Below, piece after piece: positions 34,466 to 42,870 of a stretch of DNA of 43,810 nucleotides (positions within the stretch are counted from its first letter, which is position 1; every line of letters starts with the position of its first letter). A program made the position numbers and the translations under genes. Source of the DNA: a virus (taxonomy: Duplodnaviria; Heunggongvirae; Uroviricota; Caudoviricetes); IMG/VR virus record IMGVR_UViG_3300028797_000113; one strand, written 5' to 3'. The notes beneath the pieces were generated by a model. The model was not told the DNA's origin and searched no databases. It saw only the letters and a program-made list of their open reading frames with translations.

Positions 34466-34783
34466 TTACTCCTTTTCAGGCGGTTCTGTTGGCAGTTCCA
34501 TAAATGATTTACGAATCCCATCCATAACGCCGTTGAGTCCGAGAGAATGATAGTTTGTATATACATTCTCGAAATTCTCTTTAGCGTAAATAGGCGCATA
34601 TCCAAGGTCTGTGTATTTGTTATAACTCGCGATCATCTCTGCTCTTAACAATGCCTGAATACCATTTCTGATGGCATCCTGTTCGATTTTATACTTCTTC
34701 AGTTTGGTTGCGAAGTATGTAAACATTGCACCGAATACAGCAGTAGGAATACCAAAGTAAGCCAATACTTGCCAAATACTCAT
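34466..34783 (-). CDS. Single-TM membrane protein, holin-like family
   Basis: N-terminal TM helix (WQVLAYFGIPTAVFGAMFTYFA) then ALLRAEMI...YHSLGLNG...MELP. Start moved to MSIWQ (34783) using the RBS AAAGGGGG. Confidence 0.55.
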   Translation of the reverse strand: MSIWQVLAYFGIPTAVFGAMFTYFATKLKKYKIEQDAIRNGIQALLRAEMIASYNKYTDLGYAPIYAKENFENVYTNYHSLGLNGVMDGIRKSFMELPTEPPEKE

Positions 34784-34800
34784 ATTATCTTCCCCCTTTC

Positions 34801-36318
34801 TCAATTATTCCGACTCTTGTCTCCTTCAGGTGTCAAATCTTTGTCGTCTTTTGTGGGCGCACCTTGTCCGGTTTCGGGAGTGTAACCATCTTCTCTTGAC
34901 GTAGTAAATGACGAACTCAAAGGATAAATCATTTTGTCTTGTAGTTTAAGAACTTCGGTTTCAAGATAAATCTGAGCAAGCTGTTCTTTCTCACTTACGC
35001 CAATAAGAGTACCGTAAGCAAGCCTGTTCGCATATCCGTATTGACAACTCTCAAGCATTTGCTTTGCAAGTTCTTCGCGCGTATATACTGAACATTCAAA
35101 GTGCTTTACTTTCGACGGCTTAGTCATCATATAACTTAACTGCATATTGCAGAAGCCATCAATCTGCGGAAGTAAAGGAGAGATAGCAAATTCCGTCTCT
35201 GCTTTCAACCACGCATTAAAGGCAGCAGTGCTTGTAATGTTATTAGCGTTAATAACAGCGCCACCACCAGCCGTCTGTAATATTTGGTTAGAGGAGATTT
35301 CGACACTGTTGGTGTCTTTATCAACACTCTTTTCAAAATCAATTGTTTTTAATTCACGACCGGGAATAACAGCCTTTCCGACATTGTCGGGTATCTGGCC
35401 AGTTTCACTCATTCGATCAAAATACGCACTCGCCAAGTCGGGACTTATTTCAAAGTCATCCGCCTGCTTCGTTCCCGAAAGAACATTCATAGGCATATAT
35501 ATTAATTTATATATTGCAAGGGCGTCAGCTTCAGCCTGAATGTCAACCAAGTCTTCCAATCCCGCCAATTGAAGATACAACGGAAGGAATGGAGGAACAT
35601 TCATGTTAAACGTGTCTGTTCTGAATTTGAAACATACACTGTATTTTGCCGGGCAGTGAACATATTTATGAGACTGGTCTTTCTCGTACTCTTTGTACAT
35701 AGACACCAGAGGTTCCCCAATCATTTCCAATAAGGTCTGCTTCTGAGAAGTTTTCCATTTGGACATATCTATGGAGAAACCATAGCACCCATAAAAGTAT
35801 TTGCCATCAATAACACATTCATCAGGGTCTAACTGATAGAAGAACGAACCCATATCGTCTTGTAACAGAAGACCATAATAAACATCTTCTCTGAAGACCG
35901 TAATCAACGCCTCCAGCATATTCCCCTGAAGGTTAAGAACGTCTAAACAGTTTAAGGTGTTTTGATAAGAACGTAATATTTCTTTGGCCGTAGAATCAGT
36001 CGCTTCTTTCGTAAGGTCATAATTAGGTGTAATCTTACGACAGTCTAAGCAAAACATCGAAGCGTACCAGTTAATAAGCCTAAAATATATATTAGACCTA
36101 TAATATAAATACCTTGATGTATTTCTTAGGTTCTTTTCATTACCGCCAACATTCTGAATCCATCTTTTTACTTCGTCTTTGTTGATAGCACGAACAGTTG
36201 GATTAATAATTTTATTAACGTCACGTAATGATTGGAGCGTTGAATCCATCGCCTTTTTAAACATTACCTGATTATTTGTTTCGACAGCCGCAGGGTTGTC
36301 ATTTAAAATTTCGCCCAT
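34801..36318 (-). CDS. Portal protein
   Basis: 505 aa directly after terL; LRNTSRYLYY.SNIYFRLI, FREDVYYG, PPFLPL motifs; RBS AAGGAGG. Confidence 0.85.
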   Translation of the reverse strand: MGEILNDNPAAVETNNQVMFKKAMDSTLQSLRDVNKIINPTVRAINKDEVKRWIQNVGGNEKNLRNTSRYLYYRSNIYFRLINWYASMFCLDCRKITPNYDLTKEATDSTAKEILRSYQNTLNCLDVLNLQGNMLEALITVFREDVYYGLLLQDDMGSFFYQLDPDECVIDGKYFYGCYGFSIDMSKWKTSQKQTLLEMIGEPLVSMYKEYEKDQSHKYVHCPAKYSVCFKFRTDTFNMNVPPFLPLYLQLAGLEDLVDIQAEADALAIYKLIYMPMNVLSGTKQADDFEISPDLASAYFDRMSETGQIPDNVGKAVIPGRELKTIDFEKSVDKDTNSVEISSNQILQTAGGGAVINANNITSTAAFNAWLKAETEFAISPLLPQIDGFCNMQLSYMMTKPSKVKHFECSVYTREELAKQMLESCQYGYANRLAYGTLIGVSEKEQLAQIYLETEVLKLQDKMIYPLSSSFTTSREDGYTPETGQGAPTKDDKDLTPEGDKSRNN

Positions 36319-36330
36319 GGGCTACCTCCT

Positions 36331-36544
36331 TAATTTTTTTATTAAAGACCCGACGTGGTCCGCATCGTTGAGAGGCGTGTCGGGTACGTATCAAAATTGG
36401 ACTCGACTTTGACGAATGCTTACGCAGTTATGGATTTCACATAAGGATTAAATATGAAAGCATTTTATTTTAACGCAGACTCGGCGGGATTTTCCCTTCT
36501 CCCCACAGTGTTGACTATACAGACTTTGCCTCGGTTACCAACCA
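36331..36544 (-). ncRNA. Candidate structured RNA in the terL-portal spacer
   Basis: No credible ORF. Stems ACCCGAC/GTCGGGT (36348-36385) with inner CGC/GCG, AATGCTT/AAGCATT (36415-36464) with an inner TTCATAT/ATGTGAA hairpin, and GGGA/TCCC. Confidence 0.45.
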
Positions 36545-38296
36545 TTAACGCCCGCGATTAAAACTATGTTTTGCTGGTTTATTGAAGAACTTATTCAATA
36601 ACGTCTGAGTGTCTTCAGCCTTGGGTTTTAATTGCAACTCAAGTTGGGTTGCGCACCAGAAATTATAAGCAATAGACGAATAACGGTCCTTACGCATACC
36701 CGATTGTTCGTGTACTTTTATCTTACCGTCTTTAACTTCGTGTTCGAGTTTGATTAGCTCATAGATAGCAAGAGTAGTCTGTACAAACGGATTCTTAATA
36801 AGTGCCTGTTCCCCATCTGACAACGATTTAAACTTCTTCATTGTCTTCTCAATCTTGTCATTACTTTCAGTCTCGTCAATAAGAAGATTGATTTTGCCGT
36901 TCATGATTCCAGTTCTTAATAAAACACAGATTTCATTGTTGAATGCCGCACTTGCTTTAACAGACCAAACTACCTTGTTGGCTTCTTTAACCTTACATCT
37001 TGCCGCCATGTCTTCATCATTGATACAAGTTAATGCTTTATATACCTTACCCGTTTCGGGATCGTATTGGTCTTTTATAATAAAGTCATATACACCTATA
37101 CCCAGACCTTGTGTATCAAGTACGAGGTCGGTACATTTGTAACAATAAAAGTATCGCATAATAATAAGGCCGAGGGCATCGGTTGTCTTACCCTCGAAAC
37201 TTTCGCCATAACAGAAATTAGATTGGTATGTTGTAGCATCTTGTTGTACCAATTCATTGATAAACAATGACGCCGCATCGTTTTTCTTTTTCTTGGTAGA
37301 CTGCATCAACGCAACGTCGACCGACAATATTCTCTTGCCGTTATCCGATACTCTGGGTACGGGGTTATTGGCATTATAATATTTTAACGGCAATAATGCG
37401 TGTTCAATCTTTCGACAGTGTTTCAGGTCATCAAACTTGAATAGACTATCCCCGTCATCTCCGAACCAGAATGTTTCCATCTCCATCTTGAACAACAGTT
37501 CATTGAAGTTGGTTTCACTCATTTCGTCTTCGATTTGTTCTCTCGAAAGAAGTCCTTCGCGGATTGACAGTTGATACGGAAGACCGACAATAAAATATTT
37601 TCTCTTGTCGTCAAGGAAATTCAAGGTATAACTCTGAACTTTTTTCCAAGCCCACGAACTCTTAAAATAAGCCGAAGACATATAAATCTCTTGGTTACGC
37701 TCCATTAAATGAGCATACTCCGGCTTATTTAAAAAGTCGGGATGTCTTGGTGTTCCCAAGAATCTTCTGATAACCGTATTAAGAATGTTTTCGTCTACCA
37801 TTCTGAACTCATCCACTACGATTAGGTTCGCTCTACCAGAACGAGCATTATCTGTACTAGGTCTTGTTCTTATCCACGAACCGCATTTGAATTTGATTTC
37901 CGCGCTTTGATTGGCCGGAATATTACATTTCGAAATCTCGTTTCTCAAGAACGCAGACTTTGGCATAAGTTCATCTTGAATTTTTAACAGAACTTCGTTT
38001 GCTTGTGGTATGGTTCCCGAACAGACAATGATCTTACTGCCCGGAAACAGAATACATCTGATAACACAAAAAATAGCCGTTAGATATGTTTTACCTAACG
38101 ACCTTGCTGCGATAAATGCAAAGTAATTATAATGCATCATCGCCCATAAAAGAATCTGCTGAAACCACTTAAGGTTTAAATTCAGACAGTCTTTTGCAAA
38201 TCTTTGTGGGTTGGCGCGGTAATAACCCGCGTACCAAGCAACCGTTTCCATTATCTTGTCTTTTTTAAGCTGAGCCTTTTGAGAAGCATTACTCAT
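36545..38296 (-). CDS. terL: Terminase large subunit
   Basis: Walker A AARSLGKT, Walker B LIVVDEFR, coupling motif YMSSA, nuclease acidic residues ILSVDVA / LVLDTQG / KDRYSS. Confidence 0.93.
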   Translation of the reverse strand: MSNASQKAQLKKDKIMETVAWYAGYYRANPQRFAKDCLNLNLKWFQQILLWAMMHYNYFAFIAARSLGKTYLTAIFCVIRCILFPGSKIIVCSGTIPQANEVLLKIQDELMPKSAFLRNEISKCNIPANQSAEIKFKCGSWIRTRPSTDNARSGRANLIVVDEFRMVDENILNTVIRRFLGTPRHPDFLNKPEYAHLMERNQEIYMSSAYFKSSWAWKKVQSYTLNFLDDKRKYFIVGLPYQLSIREGLLSREQIEDEMSETNFNELLFKMEMETFWFGDDGDSLFKFDDLKHCRKIEHALLPLKYYNANNPVPRVSDNGKRILSVDVALMQSTKKKKNDAASLFINELVQQDATTYQSNFCYGESFEGKTTDALGLIIMRYFYCYKCTDLVLDTQGLGIGVYDFIIKDQYDPETGKVYKALTCINDEDMAARCKVKEANKVVWSVKASAAFNNEICVLLRTGIMNGKINLLIDETESNDKIEKTMKKFKSLSDGEQALIKNPFVQTTLAIYELIKLEHEVKDGKIKVHEQSGMRKDRYSSIAYNFWCATQLELQLKPKAEDTQTLLNKFFNKPAKHSFNRGR

Positions 38297-39353
38297 CTAA
38301 CTTCCCAAACATCTTTTCAAATAATTCCTCATTGATTTCATCGTCTTCATACTCAGGCTTAGTAACCGTGTACTTTTGCATAAACCTGTCATATGAGGCG
38401 CTGAAAGCGTTTTTAAGTCCCATCATTTTTGCCAGATGTCCTTTAAAGAACACGTCAATAAGTTTTCCTATTCCATCAACGTCCCTAAATTCTTCTGACG
38501 GCTCAGCTATGGGTCTGGTATGCTCCCACACTTCAATCATTTGAGAAAATGTATTCGAATCTGTAAAAGCGTTGGAGGCATTTTGTGACGGCTTTAACTG
38601 AGCAGAACCCAACAACTCTTGAAGAGTTTTATCCAGTTCCTTTGTGTCCTTTCCGTCTTTCTGTGCCTTGTCAATTTCCAACTCTTTAAAACAAATACGC
38701 TTGAACAACAGTTCCTGAGCTTTGCTGTCGCAGGCATATCTGGCTGTCCAATCCTCGTATTCAGTTTCCAAAAATAAAAGGTCGACATTAGTGTAGTCTC
38801 TGCCAAATCTTTTCCGGGCTTTTCTAAGAAGTTCTTCGTTTTCTTCGAGTTCTTCTTCGTCAAGTTCGGTTGTAGTTATGGAAGAGCCAAAATCACTGTC
38901 GGCCCATGTCTTATCTTGCCACTGCTTGAGTGACATAATAGACGTTATATAAGTGGCGAAGGGGGAGTTTCGAGTCTTCTCTTTAACTCCATCCATCGCG
39001 CCCTTAACACATTGTTCATAAAAAGCATCGTCGTAAGGACGATTCAACATCTGAAGAACCTTCTGAACGCTCTCTTTGGTTTCATTGGGTTCATCTCTGT
39101 CTTTCTGTCTTTGTTCCACCATCTTCAAAAGACATTCCTTGCAGACCGGGTATTTCATTGTAACAAAGCGATTGTCATTATAAAATGACGTTTCGCGTTT
39201 TTTAAACTCCCCGCACTTGGGGCAAAGCACTATGTCCTTGTCAAGAATGGCGTTATAACTGTCGGCGACTTTGGTGTACTCTTCCGAAAGAGTAGTTATA
39301 CCCCGCTTCGCCTTTATCTCCTGAATGTCAGGAGCATACATTAAACTTGCCAT
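38289..39353 (-). CDS. Probable terminase small subunit with a Zn ribbon
   Basis: Overlaps the terL start; CPKC...CKEC; helical acidic C-half (RICFKELEIDKAQ...ELDKTLQELLG). Confidence 0.65.
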   Translation of the reverse strand: MASLMYAPDIQEIKAKRGITTLSEEYTKVADSYNAILDKDIVLCPKCGEFKKRETSFYNDNRFVTMKYPVCKECLLKMVEQRQKDRDEPNETKESVQKVLQMLNRPYDDAFYEQCVKGAMDGVKEKTRNSPFATYITSIMSLKQWQDKTWADSDFGSSITTTELDEEELEENEELLRKARKRFGRDYTNVDLLFLETEYEDWTARYACDSKAQELLFKRICFKELEIDKAQKDGKDTKELDKTLQELLGSAQLKPSQNASNAFTDSNTFSQMIEVWEHTRPIAEPSEEFRDVDGIGKLIDVFFKGHLAKMMGLKNAFSASYDRFMQKYTVTKPEYEDDEINEELFEKMFGKLDE

Positions 39354-39379
39354 TTAAAAATCTCCTTTCAATCCTAAGA

Positions 39380-39454
39380 GCGCGTAGACGGGATTTGAAC
39401 CCGCGACACATCCATTACTAATGGACCGCTCCTGCCGAACTGAGCTACTACGCT
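39380..39454 (-). tRNA. tRNA-Thr(AGT)-like gene with a non-canonical acceptor end
   Basis: AGCGTAG TA GCTC-AGTTCGGCAG-GAGC G GTCCA-TTAGTAA-TGGAT GTGTC GCGGG-TTCAAAT-CCCGT CTACGCG C. Full cloverleaf with anticodon AGT (39417-39419), A1:G72 mismatch, C73, no encoded CCA. Confidence 0.8.
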
Positions 39455-39513
39455 AACCAGAGGAATCGCTCCTCGCCCTTAAGCCGGGCAGACCGTATAT
39501 AACAACGCCAAGG

Positions 39514-39864
39514 TCATTTGTCCTCAACGGAGTTATCGTCATCCCATTTGTATTCGGGATTGGTCAGTATAGCCAGTCGTTCTCCAAATCTTACTGACGG
39601 TTTAAATTTTATAACCGCCTTATAATCAGTCATTGTGTATTTACGATTACGCGCGCTGTAACACATACGCGGTGCTCTCTTTAAAAGATAAAATGAACCG
39701 AAGTTCTTGATGACGATTTCCTTATCATCGAGCATATAATCGATCATAATGGGGAATACGGTCTTAACAACTTCGTCAATATCTTCCCTTCGATACATCG
39801 TTCTCTTACCGAGTTCTCTGCATATATCCTCTAAATACACTTTTTCTTTGTCATCGCCACTCAT
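39514..39864 (-). CDS. hup: HU/IHF-family DNA-binding protein
   Basis: REDIDEVVKTVF...IVIKNFGSFYL..RAPR......VIKFKPS is the HU fold signature. Its position next to yonO mirrors SPbeta yonN. Confidence 0.88.
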   Translation of the reverse strand: MSGDDKEKVYLEDICRELGKRTMYRREDIDEVVKTVFPIMIDYMLDDKEIVIKNFGSFYLLKRAPRMCYSARNRKYTMTDYKAVIKFKPSVRFGERLAILTNPEYKWDDDNSVEDK

Positions 39865-40064
39865 AGTTTTACCTCCGACGTCAGAGGCTTTGTGTCCATA
39901 ACAAAGTATGTATTAATATATTTATATTTTTTATTGCCGTCTTTATCCGTGAACCAGACTTTACCGTCACACTCAGGGTTGGAACAGGCAATAACATTAG
40001 TTCCTTTTATTCGAACGAATGGAAAACCACAGGCTTTACACGTTTGTTCCTTTTTCTCCTTCAT
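39861..40064 (-). CDS. Small Zn-ribbon protein
   Basis: CKAC...CSNPEC; RBS AAAGGAG; overlaps the HU start. Confidence 0.6.
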   Translation of the reverse strand: MKEKKEQTCKACGFPFVRIKGTNVIACSNPECDGKVWFTDKDGNKKYKYINTYFVMDTKPLTSEVKL

Positions 40065-40264
40065 AATTCTTCTCCTTTTAGTCCTAATCGGGCAGGCGAA
40101 TTGCCTCCCTTCTATAAGTCACATTAGTCCATCATTGATTTGTCCAGAAAAATAGGGGCTTCGCGCCACTTTTAATCCGTCTGGTTGGGCAAATAGGTGT
40201 ACAAAAAAACGTAAATTTTACATACTTTTTTAAATTTTTTTGGTGATTTTTTTCTAAAAAACTA
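40065..40264 (-). promoter_or_regulatory. Candidate late promoter and structured leader downstream of the RNAP gene
   Basis: 200-nt spacer with successive A/T tracts (40203-40262), no clear TTGACA/TATAAT pair, and stems CCAGA/TCTGG and CTAAT/ATTAG enclosing a GGGAGGC/GCCTGCCC hairpin. Confidence 0.4.
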
Positions 40265-42859
40265 TTATATTTTATTTCTTTTCATATTATTTCCGTTAGA
40301 TTTAAAACACTCAAGGAATAAATCGGGGTTTACAGTGTATAAAGTCTTTAATAACAACGAGCGATTCTTATTTAATTTAGTCTTAATGGTACTCTTATTC
40401 TTTTGAATCTCCGGCGTAATAAGGAATGCACGGTTGATTAACCATGACATAAGCGCTTTATAATTACGCGATATATACATAGCGCGAATATCTTCAACCA
40501 TTTTATAGAAATCATATTGTAATACCAGATATTCCTCGTCGGCCTGTCCGATATTATACTTAAACACCTGAAGGGAATACTTCTCTATCATCTTCTCGAC
40601 TTTCTTGGACTTTCTTCGATCCGAATCCAGAGCAACTGGTTCAAAGAACTCGCTCATTGGAATGGGCGGTCTGGAATCCCGGACCTTAGAGATGCCCACG
40701 TCATACAAGAAGTTCATCGGGCACTTTAAATCTTTATTTACATTGTCCATATTAAAATTCTTTTTAACGATGGAGAAGAACTTGGGGTATTTGGTTTCGG
40801 TTATTCCCAGTTCTTTTTTAATTCTCTTAATCTCTTGGGGAATGTCTATGTCAAAAGTTCTTTTTGTGTTATCAATGGCGGCCTGAGCCACAACACTTAA
40901 GATACAAACGTAGTCATCATACTTGTCATCGTCAAAATTGTACGTATATGACAAAGATAATTGTGCAAGATTACTAGATTCTCCGATTGCAAGCTGGGCA
41001 GCACCCAATTTATTATCTATGTTGGCAAAATCATCCATGGTATTGTCGTAATGATTCTTCTCCTTAGGAATCATATTAACGATAGTCGGGTAATTTTTAT
41101 AACAATACATCGCGTGTTTAACAATGTCTTCCTGATTAGTTGTATAAATTGAGTCCGAATCCATATCCGAACCGTTATTTCTATCTTGGAAGTCTGTATG
41201 TATCATATTAACCGCGATACAAAGTCTGCCCAGATTAAAATATTTTTTAATAAGCGGGTGCAGATTATTATGTAAACATCCCATATTGTTACGCGAATTA
41301 AATGGCGAGCGAAACTCCGCAAGGTATTCTTTATCCGCGAAACGCTCGGAATAACATTGGATAGCATCCGTTTCGGTCTGGAATGTCGGATCGTCTTCGG
41401 GGTTCTCGCCTACGGCGTGAAGCAGCATAGCATAAGGACTGCCCACGATAGTAAGGTTATCCGCGTTCTGAATACTTCGGCCATTCTTAAAGTCAAGTAC
41501 ATACGCGCGTATAATATCTCTTTTTCTCGCGCGATAATACTCACTTCTCAAAAAGTCGGGGTTACGTCTTACCAATGCAACCAGAACCTCGTGGTCGTTA
41601 CTAAAGTTGGCTGTGCGTTCAAGATATTCCAGAAAGATATAGTCATCCGTCTTTAATCTCTCGATATAGCGTATGCTCTTATCAATGACGTTCGGCATTA
41701 TCTCTTCAGACAATGAATTAATCATCTGGTAAGACATACGTTGTACATTGCCCAGTTTGGAATGGTGGGCTGTCTTAACAATGCCAAACATACAGTCATT
41801 CTTTCTTACCCACTCCGACCAATAATCAAAGCCTAAATTAAACTTAAGCCATTTCATACTCTGGTCTGTGGTTACGAGTTTAATATTCTTAACACGTACG
41901 TCATTACCCCACATATCTTTGACTGTGGCTTTCTCATAGTTATCTCTGAAATAATCTTTAAAGAACATCTGAAGGTTGGTATTAAACGCTGCGCATTTAC
42001 ACATATGATGTCTTAAAAGAATATAACCATCCCCCCACTCAGGGAAGACAGATGAATCAATTAGCCCTTGGCCGTCAAAGATAGTATTCTTAACTTCATA
42101 GTCAGAAATTCTCTCCGCGTAACACTGACGCTCTTTATTTGTCTTTATTGCAACTATATTCGTGGTAAATTTAGAGTCGAAGTCATTTAATACCAAAATT
42201 TCTTCGGGCTTAATGCGAATCTTACCGACAATGGTAGAAGTGATGAGAGATGAATAAGCCCCTATTTCTACAATAGGTGCGTTCTTCTTTTTTAATTTAA
42301 TGCCCATATAAAGAAAGTTGCGGGCTTTTTTATAGAGTTTCTCTCGGATAAACATACATTTACCCGCTTTGGCTTTTCCGGGCGTGCGGTATAACATACG
42401 ATATACGATAGTTTCGTCACCTTTACGGCCGTGATATGTAATAGGAACGCCCTCGTTATAAAAAATATTTCTGATTTCGTCCTTGGAAACCTTTTTATAT
42501 TTCTCGGGATTATTCTTAACTTCCAGATATAAGGTGGCGATTTTCTTTCTGGTCTTATATTTTTCTTCGCCATGGCCAAAAGACTTGGCAATTTTATAAT
42601 TAAGTCTGGCTTCAATGGCGCGCTTCTTCAAATGCTTCAGCTCGTCCTCGGGTCCGCGGGTGCCGTAATTAAAGTCAAGACATATAATATCGCGCGTTGA
42701 GTCTTTTTTAACTGACAAACCGTTCTCCAGTAAGAAGTCGGTAAACAATGAATTGGTTAACATAGCCTCGGTATAATCGTATTGCTCACGCATTCCCATC
42801 ATTACACCGTAAATTGAACCCGCTTCATAGTTATTTATCTTATATCCAAATTCAGACAT
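40265..42859 (-). CDS. yonO: YonO-type single-subunit two-barrel RNA polymerase (homologue of cellular RdRP / multisubunit RNAP core)
   Basis: 864 aa; YRTPGKAKAGKCMFI, NTIFDGQGLID, LLRHHM.KCA, FGIV, SYQMINSL, FRSPF, and catalytic NGSDMDSDS (D565/D567/D569; 41153-41167). Adjacent to an HU gene and upstream of the late genes, as in SPbeta. Confidence 0.9.
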   Translation of the reverse strand: MSEFGYKINNYEAGSIYGVMMGMREQYDYTEAMLTNSLFTDFLLENGLSVKKDSTRDIICLDFNYGTRGPEDELKHLKKRAIEARLNYKIAKSFGHGEEKYKTRKKIATLYLEVKNNPEKYKKVSKDEIRNIFYNEGVPITYHGRKGDETIVYRMLYRTPGKAKAGKCMFIREKLYKKARNFLYMGIKLKKKNAPIVEIGAYSSLITSTIVGKIRIKPEEILVLNDFDSKFTTNIVAIKTNKERQCYAERISDYEVKNTIFDGQGLIDSSVFPEWGDGYILLRHHMCKCAAFNTNLQMFFKDYFRDNYEKATVKDMWGNDVRVKNIKLVTTDQSMKWLKFNLGFDYWSEWVRKNDCMFGIVKTAHHSKLGNVQRMSYQMINSLSEEIMPNVIDKSIRYIERLKTDDYIFLEYLERTANFSNDHEVLVALVRRNPDFLRSEYYRARKRDIIRAYVLDFKNGRSIQNADNLTIVGSPYAMLLHAVGENPEDDPTFQTETDAIQCYSERFADKEYLAEFRSPFNSRNNMGCLHNNLHPLIKKYFNLGRLCIAVNMIHTDFQDRNNGSDMDSDSIYTTNQEDIVKHAMYCYKNYPTIVNMIPKEKNHYDNTMDDFANIDNKLGAAQLAIGESSNLAQLSLSYTYNFDDDKYDDYVCILSVVAQAAIDNTKRTFDIDIPQEIKRIKKELGITETKYPKFFSIVKKNFNMDNVNKDLKCPMNFLYDVGISKVRDSRPPIPMSEFFEPVALDSDRRKSKKVEKMIEKYSLQVFKYNIGQADEEYLVLQYDFYKMVEDIRAMYISRNYKALMSWLINRAFLITPEIQKNKSTIKTKLNKNRSLLLKTLYTVNPDLFLECFKSNGNNMKRNKI

Positions 42860-42870
42860 TTATAATCCCC

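Noticed and set aside
36480-36540. c-di-GMP-I riboswitch (GGCAAA motif)
   Set aside because: It lacks the GNRA-capped P2, the tetraloop receptor and the P1 pairing; it is kept only as part of an unassigned structured spacer.
39354-39380. Theta/HDV-like ribozyme at the tRNA 3' end, as known in some gut phages
   Set aside because: The tRNA is followed directly by the terS RBS and start codon; there is no space or nested-pseudoknot pattern.
40150-40185. Twister-like fragment (CGGATTAAAAGTGG) in the RNAP-downstream spacer
   Set aside because: The required UAA cleavage strand, P4 loop and pseudoknot partners are not present in the right order.
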